Below, piece by piece: positions 11,501 through 24,219 of a stretch of 60,783 bases of DNA (positions within the stretch are counted from its first letter, which is position 1; every line of letters starts with the position of its first letter). The notes beneath the pieces are model-generated. The model was not told where the DNA came from. It searched no databases and saw only the letters and a list, made by a program, of their open reading frames with translations. This DNA is from Lama guanicoe. Its lineage: Eukaryota. The stretch covers positions 5,253,214 through 5,313,996 of the forward strand of contig MU053561.1 in assembly GCA_013239625.1 (NCBI GenBank), given 5' to 3'. The translations under genes and the position numbers were made by a program.

Positions 11501-14500
11501 TTAATACCTTGGTGTGTATTTCTCCAGATACTTTTCTGTGATGTATATATAAAAAATACATATAGATCAGTCATACTTTTTTCTCTTTAGGTTCTTCGCT
11601 TTCCTCTAGAATATTTTCCCTAGAAAATATGCCTGGCCTGTTTATTATTTAGGACTCAGCCTAAATGTCACCTCCCAAAGAGAACTTCCCCAGCATTTAG
11701 AGTAGCGTACTGATACTTTCTCTTTCTAGTCCAATGAGATTGTAAGGTCCAAGAGAGTAGGGATCATGTCTGTCTCTGTCAACACTGTATTTCTAGTGCT
11801 CAGAAGTGTCCCTGGGATGTAGTAGATACTTAATAAATGTTTGAATGAATGAATATTTAATATTATCAAAATGGAATCAGATTATACACGTGTTAGGTGC
11901 TTTGGAAAGAAAGGTAAGATATATATCTCTGACCTTAGATTGCTTGTAGTCTAGAGGAAAGGTGGAAAATTAAATGTGTAATAACACAGAATGTGGTAAA
12001 GTTCTGTAATAGGGGAAGTATAGTGTTAAGGAAGCACATAGGAGGAGTAGCTGTCCAGTTGGGTTGGGAAGAGTTGTTAGAGAAGGCTTTCTGGAAGCGT
12101 GACAATATAAGCATTTTTGTAACCTTGTAATTTGTCAGTTCTTTTCATCTATAATATAATTTATAATGGCTGGGTAGGATTTTATCAGAACGTAAGTACC
12201 AGAGTTTAATCAAATCCTGATGTTAGACATTTAGAGGATTCCATAAATAACACTGTCATGAATGTCTTTATCCTTTCTTAGTTATTTTCTTGGGTAGTTT
12301 TTACTTGGGGGTGGAATTTATGGGTCTAAGAATTATAAATATTTTCAAGGCTTTGGTGCATATATCCATTTTCGGGGGAACCAGATTGTCCTCCATGAAG
12401 GTTGTACCCAGTTTATATTTCTAATGATAGTATATAAGAATGCCTCACCCCCAAAAATATTGTGAGTTAGGTAGGCAGAATGGTGTCTTATTTTGCCTTT
12501 GTTTGCTTTGTCTAAATGAATCACAGTAATTTGTAGACAAATAGGATAATATGATGAACTTCAATTTAGATTTTACAGTGGTTTTTGAATAGCTATTCGG
12601 TACAGTATGGCATATGTGAAATGATCTGGATATTACCTTTAGTTTGGATTGCAAGTCATATTAAGTTATATGCTTACCTTTGCATTACCTACTTTTTATC
12701 ATAATATTCAACCGAGAATATTTTTGTGTTTTAAGATCTTTGTCTCATTCATTTTATAAACATATAAATTATAATGACAAATTCAGAGAAACTGAGAATA
12801 AGCTATTTAGTTTGAGATCAAGTACCTTAAGAAGCTTGTATGTTGACACTAGGCCTAGCAACTAACTTCTTTTTAATTATTGTGGCCAGAAACACCAGAT
12901 GAAAATGGTAAAACCCAGAGAGCTGATGATTTTGTCTTGAAGAAAATAAAGAAGAAAAAGAAAAAGAAACACCGAGAAGATATGCGAGGACGACGCCTTA
13001 AAATGTACAATAAGGAAGTACAAACCGTCTGTGCTGGCCTGACCCGCATCAGTAAGGAAATCCTCACCCAAGGACAAATAAATAGCACTTCAGGTGTTAA
13101 TAAGGAGTCCTTCAGGTATCTGAAAGATGAACAGCTGTGTCGATTAAATTTGGGCATGCAAGAATACCGGGTACCCCAGGGAGTACAAACACCTTTTATG
13201 ACTCACCAGGAGCATTCTATTCGTAGAAATTTCTTAAAAACAGGTACTAAATTTAGCAACTTTATTCATGAGGAACACCAGTCCAATGGTGGTGCTCTTG
13301 TCCTTCATGCTTACATGGATGAACTCTCATTTTTGTCTCCAATGGAGATGGAGAGATTTTCTGAGGAGTTTCTTGCTTTGACATTCAGTGAAAATGAGAA
13401 AAATGCTGCTTACTATGCTTTAGCAATAGTGCATGGAGCGGCCGCTTATCTCCCAGACTTCTTGGACTACTTTGCTTTTAATTTCCCGAACACTCCAGTG
13501 AAAATGGAAATTCTGGGCAAGAAAGATATTGAAACAACCACCATTTCAAATTTTCACACTCAGGTAAGGTAAAATCATTGTTAAATTATTTAGTAAATAC
13601 AGGTTACAGTATCTCAAAAGTATTAACCTCGTTCTGTTGCTTAACACATAACAGTACACTTCTGATAAAAATTCATGGTGGTGAAGGTGGTTCATATTGT
13701 TTGTTTATACCTCTAATTGAAAAATTCTAATTGCTGAAGTTCTTTGGGATGTGGATTGTTACTTGCTTGGTCTAAGAAATGTGTTAAATGTCTTTACAAG
13801 TCTTTGGAAAACCAGCTTGGAAACCGATAGTTTTTCACAAATCGGGTAATGTTAGTATGGAGGATGTGATTTAGATCTGGTAGCATCAAGGCAACTTTAG
13901 TTAAAACTTACCTTTTATGTCATAATAAAACATACGAGGACATTGGCCTGTTTATTTGTCAGGTTTTTGCTGTTTCTGTTTCTCTTTCAGTAACTTGTTG
14001 GCAGTCTATCCCAGAAACATACCCCATTTATGTGACTTGGAAGTGTCACTAGGAAGACGGCCGTAGACTCTGCTCCTTCTGCCTATGCACTGTTGTAGGT
14101 GAAGGCATTTTCTGAAGCTTTGCTTGGGCAGCTAGGCTTAAGTCAGCAGGGAAACCTCTCCTTCCTTTTTAACCAGTTTTTTCAATGAAGTTATTTTAGG
14201 GCATAAAAAGTTGATAATGTATCCTATTTTTTTTCTTGCTTGCTTTTCTCATAAGGATTATGAATACATGAATGGTCAGCTGTAAATTTGTATTATAGAT
14301 ATAAATTCTGCACAGGTTTAGTGAGAATATTTAACTTTTTAGAGATTTATGATTATATAACCTCTTTTTTTTTTGGGTTATCTAATAATTTGCTGCCATT
14401 CTTTTCCTTAAGATTTTTTTTTAGATAAATAGACTGTTACATAATAAGACTCTCAGCTGCCTGCATTATAGTGGTTTCAAGCCACTTAGGTTTATATGAA

Positions 14501-17500
14501 ACCTTCTTTAACTTGAATCTTTTTAGTGATCCTTACCATCCTTGCCTCCAATGAGGGGAGCATCCAGTTTAGATTTATAAGCTTCAGAATTTCTCTAATT
14601 GAAGTTCTCTCTGCAGTAGAGAGAGCAGGAGCAGCCAATCTGGAGAGGTCGCAAGATGGGGCTGCCCAAGACGTTGGAACACCATGTGCAATAAAGGGCT
14701 TCGTCTTGGATTTTGGCCTTGTTACCACAATCAGGTACCGAAGTGCTGACTTTTGTAGTAGATTTTGTTTTTTCTTTTTCTTTTTTTTTTTAAAAGAGGA
14801 GTTTTGCCCTTTGAAGGTTAAGGAATCCTATTTTTATAAATATTGCAAAAGGGACTGAAAACAGTTCTCTTAATTTAGTCCATAATCATCCTAAGTCCCT
14901 CTTTAACAAAGAAAGATATTGCTGAGAGCAGAATTAATGTGCTCTGTCACTTTTTTAGTTTAGGAAAATGCAGCAAATTTTCTCTTCTAATTGATAGAAC
15001 AGCAAGCATATCTGAGAAATAAGCCAGAAATTTGGGTGAAAAAAGTCTTGGTTTTGTAATGATGACTTTTTAACTTTCATATTAGTTAGTCTCTAGTGGA
15101 TCAAGCTTATATATCAATAGACAGTACCCAGACTGAATAGTTAATAGAAGGAAATGTCTCTAAATATTCCCTGCTGATTTTTGTCCTCCAATTAATTTTT
15201 TAAATGGAGCTGAAATTTAAATGACTGTACCAACAACTTACCTTGAGATTTACTTAGAGATTTATGAAATAATGACTTTATAAGAATGTATCAAATTATT
15301 ACTAACTTGGAAATCATTAATCACTTCAACCACATAAGAATATTGAGGACTATTCAGTAAGTCTTGTGCTCTGGTGATCCTGGAACTTAATTTTATTTAT
15401 GAATTTTTAGTCATTTCAGTCATTCAGACATACGGGGTGGGCAGGGGAGGTTGAAGTAGCCAACGAAACTATAAATTTGCAACTGTAAAACTTTGGCACA
15501 TGATGGGATGGAAGCTAACACAGTAGTTCAGATTTCTTTGGCACTTCATAGTTTATAGAAATGCTTTCACATTCATATCTTAATATTTGGAATAATCTGT
15601 GGGATGGGTAAGCAGTTTTATCTGTTTTCCATTGAAGAAACTGAGGTTTGGAGATGTTCATTGTTATGCAAGGTCATGTAGCTAGTAAGTGGAAGCAGTC
15701 ACTGTGCACACTTACGCCACTTGAATAATAGGTGCATCATTTTACCATACTCCTTCCTTCCTTTAACATTTGGAGAAGGGACTAGGCTTTTATTTGTCTA
15801 AATAAAAGCACTAGTCAGTGCTTTTTATTTATGCGTTTTAGTCAGTGAAATTAAAATATCTCAGTTTAACACAGTATTCAGAATGCTATTCTAATAGTTT
15901 TTACAGATACCTTTAGATTGTTGGGAATTAAATGAATACCCTAGGTATTTTGGACTTCAGTGTTTTGTGAAGTCATATGAAATTCTGTGCAGCCTATAAA
16001 TGAAATGAAGTACATTTTTTATTATCTTAGAGATACAGCTAATGGAAGTTATTTATAGTTTAAATAGGTAGACATGATAATTATTCATGACTGACTGACT
16101 AACTGACTTCCTTCCTTCCTTTCTTTCATTCTTTCTTAATGGAGGTACTCGGAATTGAACCCAGGACCTCATGCATGCTAAGCGCGTGCTCTACCACTGA
16201 GCTATACATTCCCTGCTTCATGACTATATTTCAAGATAGTTTATTCAGCAATCATTTATTGAGAATGTACCATGTACTGCACATTCTGTTCTGAAAAGGA
16301 TTAATTGATGAGCTCAATTTAGTGGAAGAGATGAATAAACCAGCAATTGTAATACAGTTTGATAAGTACTAGAATGGAGGTATGCATAGGGAAAACCTTA
16401 TAATGGAGCATAGTTTGTGGTGTTCCCTAACTGAGATGTGAAGTGATTAGAAAAGGCATTTTAAAGCGTGTGATGCTTGAGTAGAGTCTTGAAAGAAGAT
16501 TAGTACTTAGCCTAATACTAACACTTTAAGCAAAGGGAAAAATAGCCTATGCAAACACATGGAGACATTAGAGAATGTGGAATTCTTCAGAAGCTGCAAA
16601 TTCTTGACATGGCAAGAGTACATGCTGACTGTTAAGGGGTGGTGGGAGTTAACACCAGAGGGGTAGACAAAATCAAAGTTGTGAGGACCTTTTTATGATG
16701 TGCTTTAAACAAAAGTTAGTACTTTTTCCCAAAGGTAATGAATGGGGAATCACTGGTGAATTTTAATAGGGGAGTGCTATCAAGTTATGTTCACAAAGAT
16801 TACATAGTAGTGTGAAGGGTGGAATTGAGGAAAATGAAATTGGAAGCAAGACTGGTTAACTATGATAACCAGATCAGAAATGACCCATGTCTAAACTGAT
16901 ATTGACACTAGAAAGGAAGGAATGAAATTGGAGAAATAATTAGAAGTTGGGGTTAATTGCACTTGGTGAGTGAGAAGGATAGAGTCTTAAAATGTGGTTT
17001 GGACAAATGGATGGATGGCTGTGCTGATCACAGAGTTGATACAGGGTTCAAAAAGTTGGTTTCTAAGGGTGTAAGGTGTTGATGAATTGTTTGAGATATT
17101 TTATGTTGAGATACTTGTGAAGATGAACAGAAATATCTGTTAGGTAGTGAAATACATGGATCTAAGATTGGGAGACATGAGAAGCAGAAGTTGGACCATT
17201 AGCATATGGGTGATCCAGGCACAGCATTAGAAATGGAAGAAATGAAGCTAAGGATGGAATTCTGTGATGCACCTGTATGTATGAGGAACATGGAAAGAGA
17301 ATAAAAAGAAAGAGAAGTAGAAGGAAGATGATAATACAGGTTTTTTCGGTTTTAAGAATGATGGAGTAGGGGGGGAAGGTAATAGTTCAGTGATAGAGCA
17401 CATGCTTAGCATGCACAAGATCCTGGGTAGAATCCCTAGTACCTCCATTAAAAAAAAAAAAGAATGATGGAGTGATTAAATATCACATCCGTATGTGAGG

Positions 17501-20500
17501 TCAAGTTTGATACGGACAGAAAAGTGTTAGGTTGCTCAATTAAGAATTTAATTGAAAATATTATCAAGACCAGTGCTTTGCAAACCATCACTATCTAAAT
17601 ATTTTAAATTATGCTGCTTTTTTTTTAAGAAGCTTGCTATTTGTTCTGTGAATAAGTTTGGATCATTAGGGAGCTTGCTAGAAATGCAGTCTCAGACCCC
17701 CTACCCAGATCTTCTGAATCAAAATCTGTATTTTAATAAGATCCTCAGGTGATTCATAAGCACGTTAAGTTTTGAGAAGTGCTACTTTAGTACTCACCTG
17801 TTCTAGCTGGAGGAAAGTAAAATGTAGCTTTGTTTTTATGCAAGAAGAATGATAGCTTCTGTTATTTTTATATTTTTAAATTAGTGTAGTAGCAAAGCTA
17901 GGATGCACATACAGGTTTTCTTTTTCTTTTAATGGTCTATTAAAAAGTGTTTTTTAACAGCAGAGTAGGTAAGTTCATGATAAATATCAATTGAAGCACC
18001 AAGCTGATCCTCAAGTTTGATTACTTAACTCTTAGTTGATACAGGATAACTTAGTAAGTTTGAGTTTCTAAAGGACTACATATGTATCGACACAGTATGG
18101 TATTTTTACAATTCTGTAGAATTATTTAGGCCTAATTAAGTTTTAAATAGTCATTGGCTAAATAACAATTTTGACCAAAAAATTAAGTGTTTATGGAATC
18201 TTTTGTCAGTTAATGGAGAAAAATTAATGTTCACTAAGACATGTATTTCTCTCTTAAAGTATGGAATAAGTATAATTTATGATCTTTTTAGTTAGGTGTT
18301 AGATCTTGTGATTATTGGCTACTTGAAAACTTTTTTTTTTTTTTGAAAACCTTTTGAATGGTTTTCAACTTTGAAGTGTGATAGTTCTGCAGTAAGTATG
18401 CAATCCATGGCTCTGTATAAAAATCCTGTGGCAGCTGATAAACTGATTAAAATTTCACATGTTCTTCTAGTTATTTTATAGACTAAGAAGATTTTAGAGC
18501 AAATGGGAGCCATTTCTAAGCCTTTGTTTTATAGATGGGGAAGGTTACATTTTGGTTGGCCGTCCCCAAAGTTACATAGTGGAAGATCTTCAAAGAGGAC
18601 TTGTTTTTTCTTCTGTCTCTGAATGGTATTTAATCCTATAGATGAGGGTTGAGCAAATTTCAATGTGCATGTAAAATGCAAATTTTGATTTTGTAGGCCT
18701 GGATTGTAAGTCTGCATTTCTACCAAGGTCTCAGATGATGTTGGTGTTGCTGGTCCCAAGAATCAGCAAGGCTCTCAGTCTTAGATTCTGTCCATGTGTT
18801 TCAAACAAAATCAACAAAAAACACTAAAATATATGTGAAGTTAAATGGAGAGTTGTTTTAAATATCACCATCTGAGACTATTTTCCCAATTATAGCATCT
18901 AAGTAACTGATGGGTATATATGGAAATGAAAGGTACGTGGTAGGGAAGGGAGCAGATTGATTTAAAAAATATGTCTACCATAATAGGATTTTGTTCTCTT
19001 TATCTGGCAAGTGTGCATATTTTAAGTTCTGCTTTAAAAAAAATTCTCTCTACATGAGATTGAAATCTTACTGAGAGTCATAGCTCTTTAACTTTACATG
19101 GTAGTAGATCTTAACAACTGTTACTTTTTCCACTGTAAAATGATAATGTGTACTGTCTCAGAGAAAATCAGCAACAGTTATTTCTTCATTTGTATTGTGG
19201 CAAGGCTTAAAATGGACTTATTATATGTGTTCTCCATCTTTGATTAATATAACTAACATTTTATAGTAAATTGGTAGTACTAATTAAGAGAGTAGAACTA
19301 GTAGAGTGCTTTATGACTTGGTAAATAACTTAGAAACTCTTAAGGAACTACACATTAGTGTGCTATTTAAAAGGAGAAATAAATATTTTAGGTAGCTGAC
19401 TTTATAAAACAGCATAAAAATGGTAGGTTGGTTCTTTTTTTCTCTCATTCTAAGTACAGCTTATAATAAACTCATTTTGACTCACACTGCTTTTTCACTG
19501 TATATTTTATAGTGGAAATGCCTTTCTGTTCAGGTCACAGGGTTAGGAAGATTGCTGGCTAGCTTTTTCCTTTCTGTTTTTTAAACAATCAGCTCGAATG
19601 GGCTTCTTCCTGAAACATGAGTTATGTGGAATAATTACTAACCTCCCCTTTCCCCTCTCCCCTTCCTCCCCCAGGGTTTTTCCATATTTTGTATTTCTAG
19701 CTTGGTGTTCTTGTGAATTTTTCTTTTATAAAAAGAATTGATTTTTCTAGAGCAGTTTTTGGTTCATAGCAAAATTGAGAGGAAGGTACAGAGATTTCCC
19801 ATATCCTCCCTGTCCTCACATGCGTATAGCTCTCCATCATCATCATCCCCACCGTTGATGAAATTACACTGACACATCATAACCACCCAAAGTTCATAGT
19901 TTACATTACAGTTCACTCTTGGTATTGTACAATCTGTGGGTTTAGACTAATGTGTAATGATATGTATGTGTCCATCAATATGGCAACATAGAGTATTTAT
20001 GCTGCTCTAAAAATCCTCTGTGCTCTTCCCTTTCTCCCCTTCCTCCAACCCCTGCCAACCACTGGTCTTTTTAGTGTCTCCGTAGTTTTGACTTTATAAG
20101 AATGTCATGTAGTTGGAATCATATAATGTGTAATTTTTTCAGATTGGCTTCTTCCACTTAGTGTTATGCATTAAAGTTTCCTCCACGTCTTCATGGCATA
20201 ATAGATCATTTCTTTTTAGTGTGAATATATCTCATTGTCTGGATGTACCACAGTTTATTTATCCATTCACTTACTAAAGGACATGTTCGTTTCTAAGTTT
20301 TGGCAGTTATGAATAAAGCTGCTATCTTCTAAGTTTTTAACTTATTCATGGCTTTCCTTATAAAAAGGTGTGTTCATTGGGAGCCCAGTTGAGCTTATTT
20401 CACACTCAGCAATTGTTATAGGATAACTTTGTGAAGTTGAGTTTCTAATCTAAAGGACTACATATGTGTTGACACAGAGCAATTTGCATATTCAAATATA

Positions 20501-23500
20501 ATTGTTTAAACTTTAACAGATATTATAAATATATTTAAAAATTTAATGCATACAAAGCTAACTACTGTTTTCTTATTGGTATTATCCCCCTATGTACGAA
20601 CTATTCCACAATCTTTGTTCCCTCCCCACTTTGCCTTCTAATTTTGCTAAAGGCTGTTTCCCCTGTTTGGTGTTTTTTTCCCCTGTTTGGAGAAAAAGGC
20701 ACAAAACAACCAAACAGGCCTTCCCTCTGGTTGTTTTGTCTTCTGCTTCCACAGAAGCCTTACTTTTTTCTGTTCTTTGGTCTCTGGTTACCTCCCTCCA
20801 GTCCTTACACCTGTTTCTTCCTCCACTGTGCCCGCAATGCATATACTTTGGGAGGTGGTAGAACTCAGTTTGTTCTTTGCTTTTGAGTGCCATTTCCAGG
20901 GCAGAGTTTCTCAAACATGCCAGGTCCTAAGAATATCTGAGTTGCTAGTTCCAAACACATATTTAGAATCTCAGGTTCCGCTCCTGGAAATTCTGATTCA
21001 CTAGGTCTGGATTAAGGCCTGATTCAATTCCTATGATCAGGCAAGTTTAAGAAATACTGTTTTAGACTATGTGCCATCTACCAACAGTCAGATTCCGTTC
21101 ATTTGACCAGTAGATACAATCCTCTTAGAATTTTATAGAATCATAAACTAAGGGCTCTTGGAGATAATCTTGTCTAACTTCTACCTAGTGCAAATGCTTT
21201 AGAAAACCAGTGTTGGATTGATAATTATTCAGGAGCTTGTCTCTGCATAAGGATTCATAAGGCCTCCAGTCGGCCCTCAACATTGTGTAGGAAGCTTACT
21301 TCTTTGGTCAACTTGCTTGCCTTTACTTCATGATGACTATTCAGACTGTTTAATCTGTATACATCTTTTCTGAATTTCCCTCCTGTTATAGTAGAGCAGC
21401 TATCCCACCTCCTCTTCAGAAGTTAATCCTTCTGCCTGTGTTCTGGATTCCATCCCTCATCCTGCTTAGGATTTTTAAAAATTGTCACAAAATATACATA
21501 ACATAAAATTCGCTATTTAAAGTGTATAATTCATTGGCATTAAGTACTTTCGGAATGTTATGCAACCGTCTCCACTGTCCATTTCATCTCTGGTGATATT
21601 AATTACACTTGTTTTGAAATTTTATTCTCAATTGTCTCTTTAATCAAGTTCCTTTTTGTTTGTTTAAATCTTTTATGTTGGGTATTTTCCTTAAATGTCT
21701 GGTGATCTGTTTATATTTAAATATGAGTCAGTACAAAACTGATTAGAAACTATGAACATAGTAGGTGGGACTTATCATTTGATGACCGAGTAGGGAATCT
21801 GGTCATATCATTGTAAGAAAAACTCAAGTTATCAGCATTTAGAGACCTTTTCTTTGGGGCTTTTAATTTCTACAGCTAAGAATCTACCCACATTTTTGCC
21901 AAAGTAGAGTAGCTTATACCCCTGTCTGCTAGGATTCTATGTAAGTGATTTCACTGTTAAATATATGGAATTTTATTCAATTCTCTTTTTCAGTATACTA
22001 GGTCTTTTCCATACTTGTGCCTGGTATCTTTGTTTCTATAGTCTTTTTGGTTCATTTTCTCCAAAAAATACATAGGTAAGAAAGTACAGGATGGGAACAT
22101 GAAAGGTAAGTGGAGGGTCTGACTGACTCGTAAACAGATTTTAAAGCTGTCGCCTTTGTTTTTAGTTTAATGCTTTGTTCCCCACCTTCTGTGATACTTA
22201 GCCTTTCCATGATTTTGTAGCATGAACTTGTTTTATAGATATCTTCTGTATAGGTACTCAGTATTCAAAGTGCTAAGTCTGCTAATTCCCCTATACATTT
22301 TTTACCTTCTAAAAATGTTTCAATAGCTTGTATCTATCATTTTTACTTCTGTTCTCTTTGAGCTTCTGGGACTTAACAGCCTTTCTATTTTACTCTCACT
22401 TGAGTGTAGTTTTGGTAAGGAATATAAATAAATCATGTGTTCAGTCGGCCTTGTTTAACTAGCAGTCTTCACCTTTTCACCTTTACCAGACTTCACATTA
22501 GCTTTAAAACCTCACAGAAAAGAAGACTTAAACGGAAAGATGTTCTACGTTCTTGGATTAAGAAGAACGAACATCAAAATGATGATTTTCCCTAACTTAT
22601 AAATTGAACATAATCCAAATAAAAATACCAATGGTTTTTTTTTTTTCTGGGACAGTTGCCTGATTTGGAAGTTTATATGAAAAAATAAACAGACAAGAAC
22701 AGCCAGGAAAACTTTGAAAAAGAAAAGGAGTGATGGAGGAGTGCCCTGTAAGATACCAATACATTCTGAAGATTTAATTATTAAGTAGGTGTATACTAGT
22801 TTATGAACATTGTTCAGTGAAAAAATTAAGTCCAGAAATAGACCCAAATATATATAGGCATTTGGTAAGTAAAAATGATAGCACCTCAAATCTTTGGTGG
22901 CAGAGAGAATGTAGTGTTGGGACATCAGGGTATCTAGAATTTACCTTAGTATCCATATCACTGTATATACTATGATCAATTCCAAATGGGATCAAAGATT
23001 TAAATGTAGAAGATGGACATAAATATAAGAAAACATGGAATAATTCTTTTATAACTTTGGAGTGGCAAAGGTCTTTCTAACTGTGACCAAAACAGAACAA
23101 AAATCTCTGTAAATAAAGTCAAAAGACAAATTTCTGTCACTGACAGGATTAACCATCCTAAACTATAAAGAGCTCTAGAAATAGATACGAGAAATACTAG
23201 GAACAAAGTATAAAAATAAGCAAGCATTGTAAATAGTTCACAGAAAAAGAAATACAAATGGCCCTTTAATCTTCTTATCTGAAAAGATATATAACTTTAT
23301 TCCTAAGAAAATGAAATTAAAACCAAGAAGATGCCAGTTTTATCAATTAGTAAAAATCCAAAAGTTTTATAACATTCTATTAATAAGATTATGGGGCAAC
23401 TCATACTTTTATAAACAAACTTCTTGAAAGAATTGTCTAGGGGTGGGGTATAGCTCATTTGTAGAGTGTGTATGTACTTGGCATGCAGGAGGCCCTGTGT

Positions 23501-24182
23501 TCAATCCCCAGTACTTCCATTAAAAAAAAATTGTGTCCACTTGCTGTCTCCATTTCCTTATATCTCCATGCCAGTTTGGTTTCTGCCTTCATAATTTCTC
23601 TCAAATAGCTCTTGCTAAGGTCACCAGTGGGCATTTTTCATCTTCATTTTATTAGACATTTCAGCAACATTTTGACCATATTCTTGAAATATTTTCTTAC
23701 TTTGACTTTCATGATACTGTGCTCTCTTGGTTTTCTTTTTAACCTCTCTGACCTCTTGACAACTCTTTTACATTGTTTTTTGTTAGCTTTTCTTTCCCTT
23801 TTGTATTCTTTTAATTTGGAGCTTTCCAAGACCCCTAGTCTTTGAACTCTCTTTATTTTCTCTAATCAAGTCTCTTTTAAGACTAAAGTTCCAATAACTG
23901 CCAATGACTCGGATTTATATCCTCAAGTCACCATTTCTTCTGATTTCAAACTCATATACCTTTTTGACACAGGCACTTGGGTGTTTTGAAGGTACTTTGT
24001 ATTAGTTCCTATCGCTGCTCTAGCTAATTACCACAAGCATAGTGCTTTAAGACAGCACAAATTTAGTCTCTTACAGTTCTGAAGGCTCTGAAGGAGAATT
24101 TGGCTTTTTTGAATTTTTTTTATGTATGTTTTTGGGTTTGCTTGTTTTTTGTTGTTGTTTTGTGGGTTTTTTTTTTTTGTTG

Positions 24183-24219
<37 letters not shown>

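Noticed and set aside
14526..14858. 110-aa ORF in intron 2
   Set aside because: Non-ATG start, runs through poly-T and is out of frame with exon 2; the exon-like signals here are reported separately
16141..16213. tRNA-like sequence
   Set aside because: Has a tail and TSD, and diverged sibling copies occur in the window, so it is a SINE rather than a tRNA gene
24100..24219. Degenerate T/G-rich tract before the gap
   Set aside because: Looks like a low-quality read end next to a homopolymer, not biology
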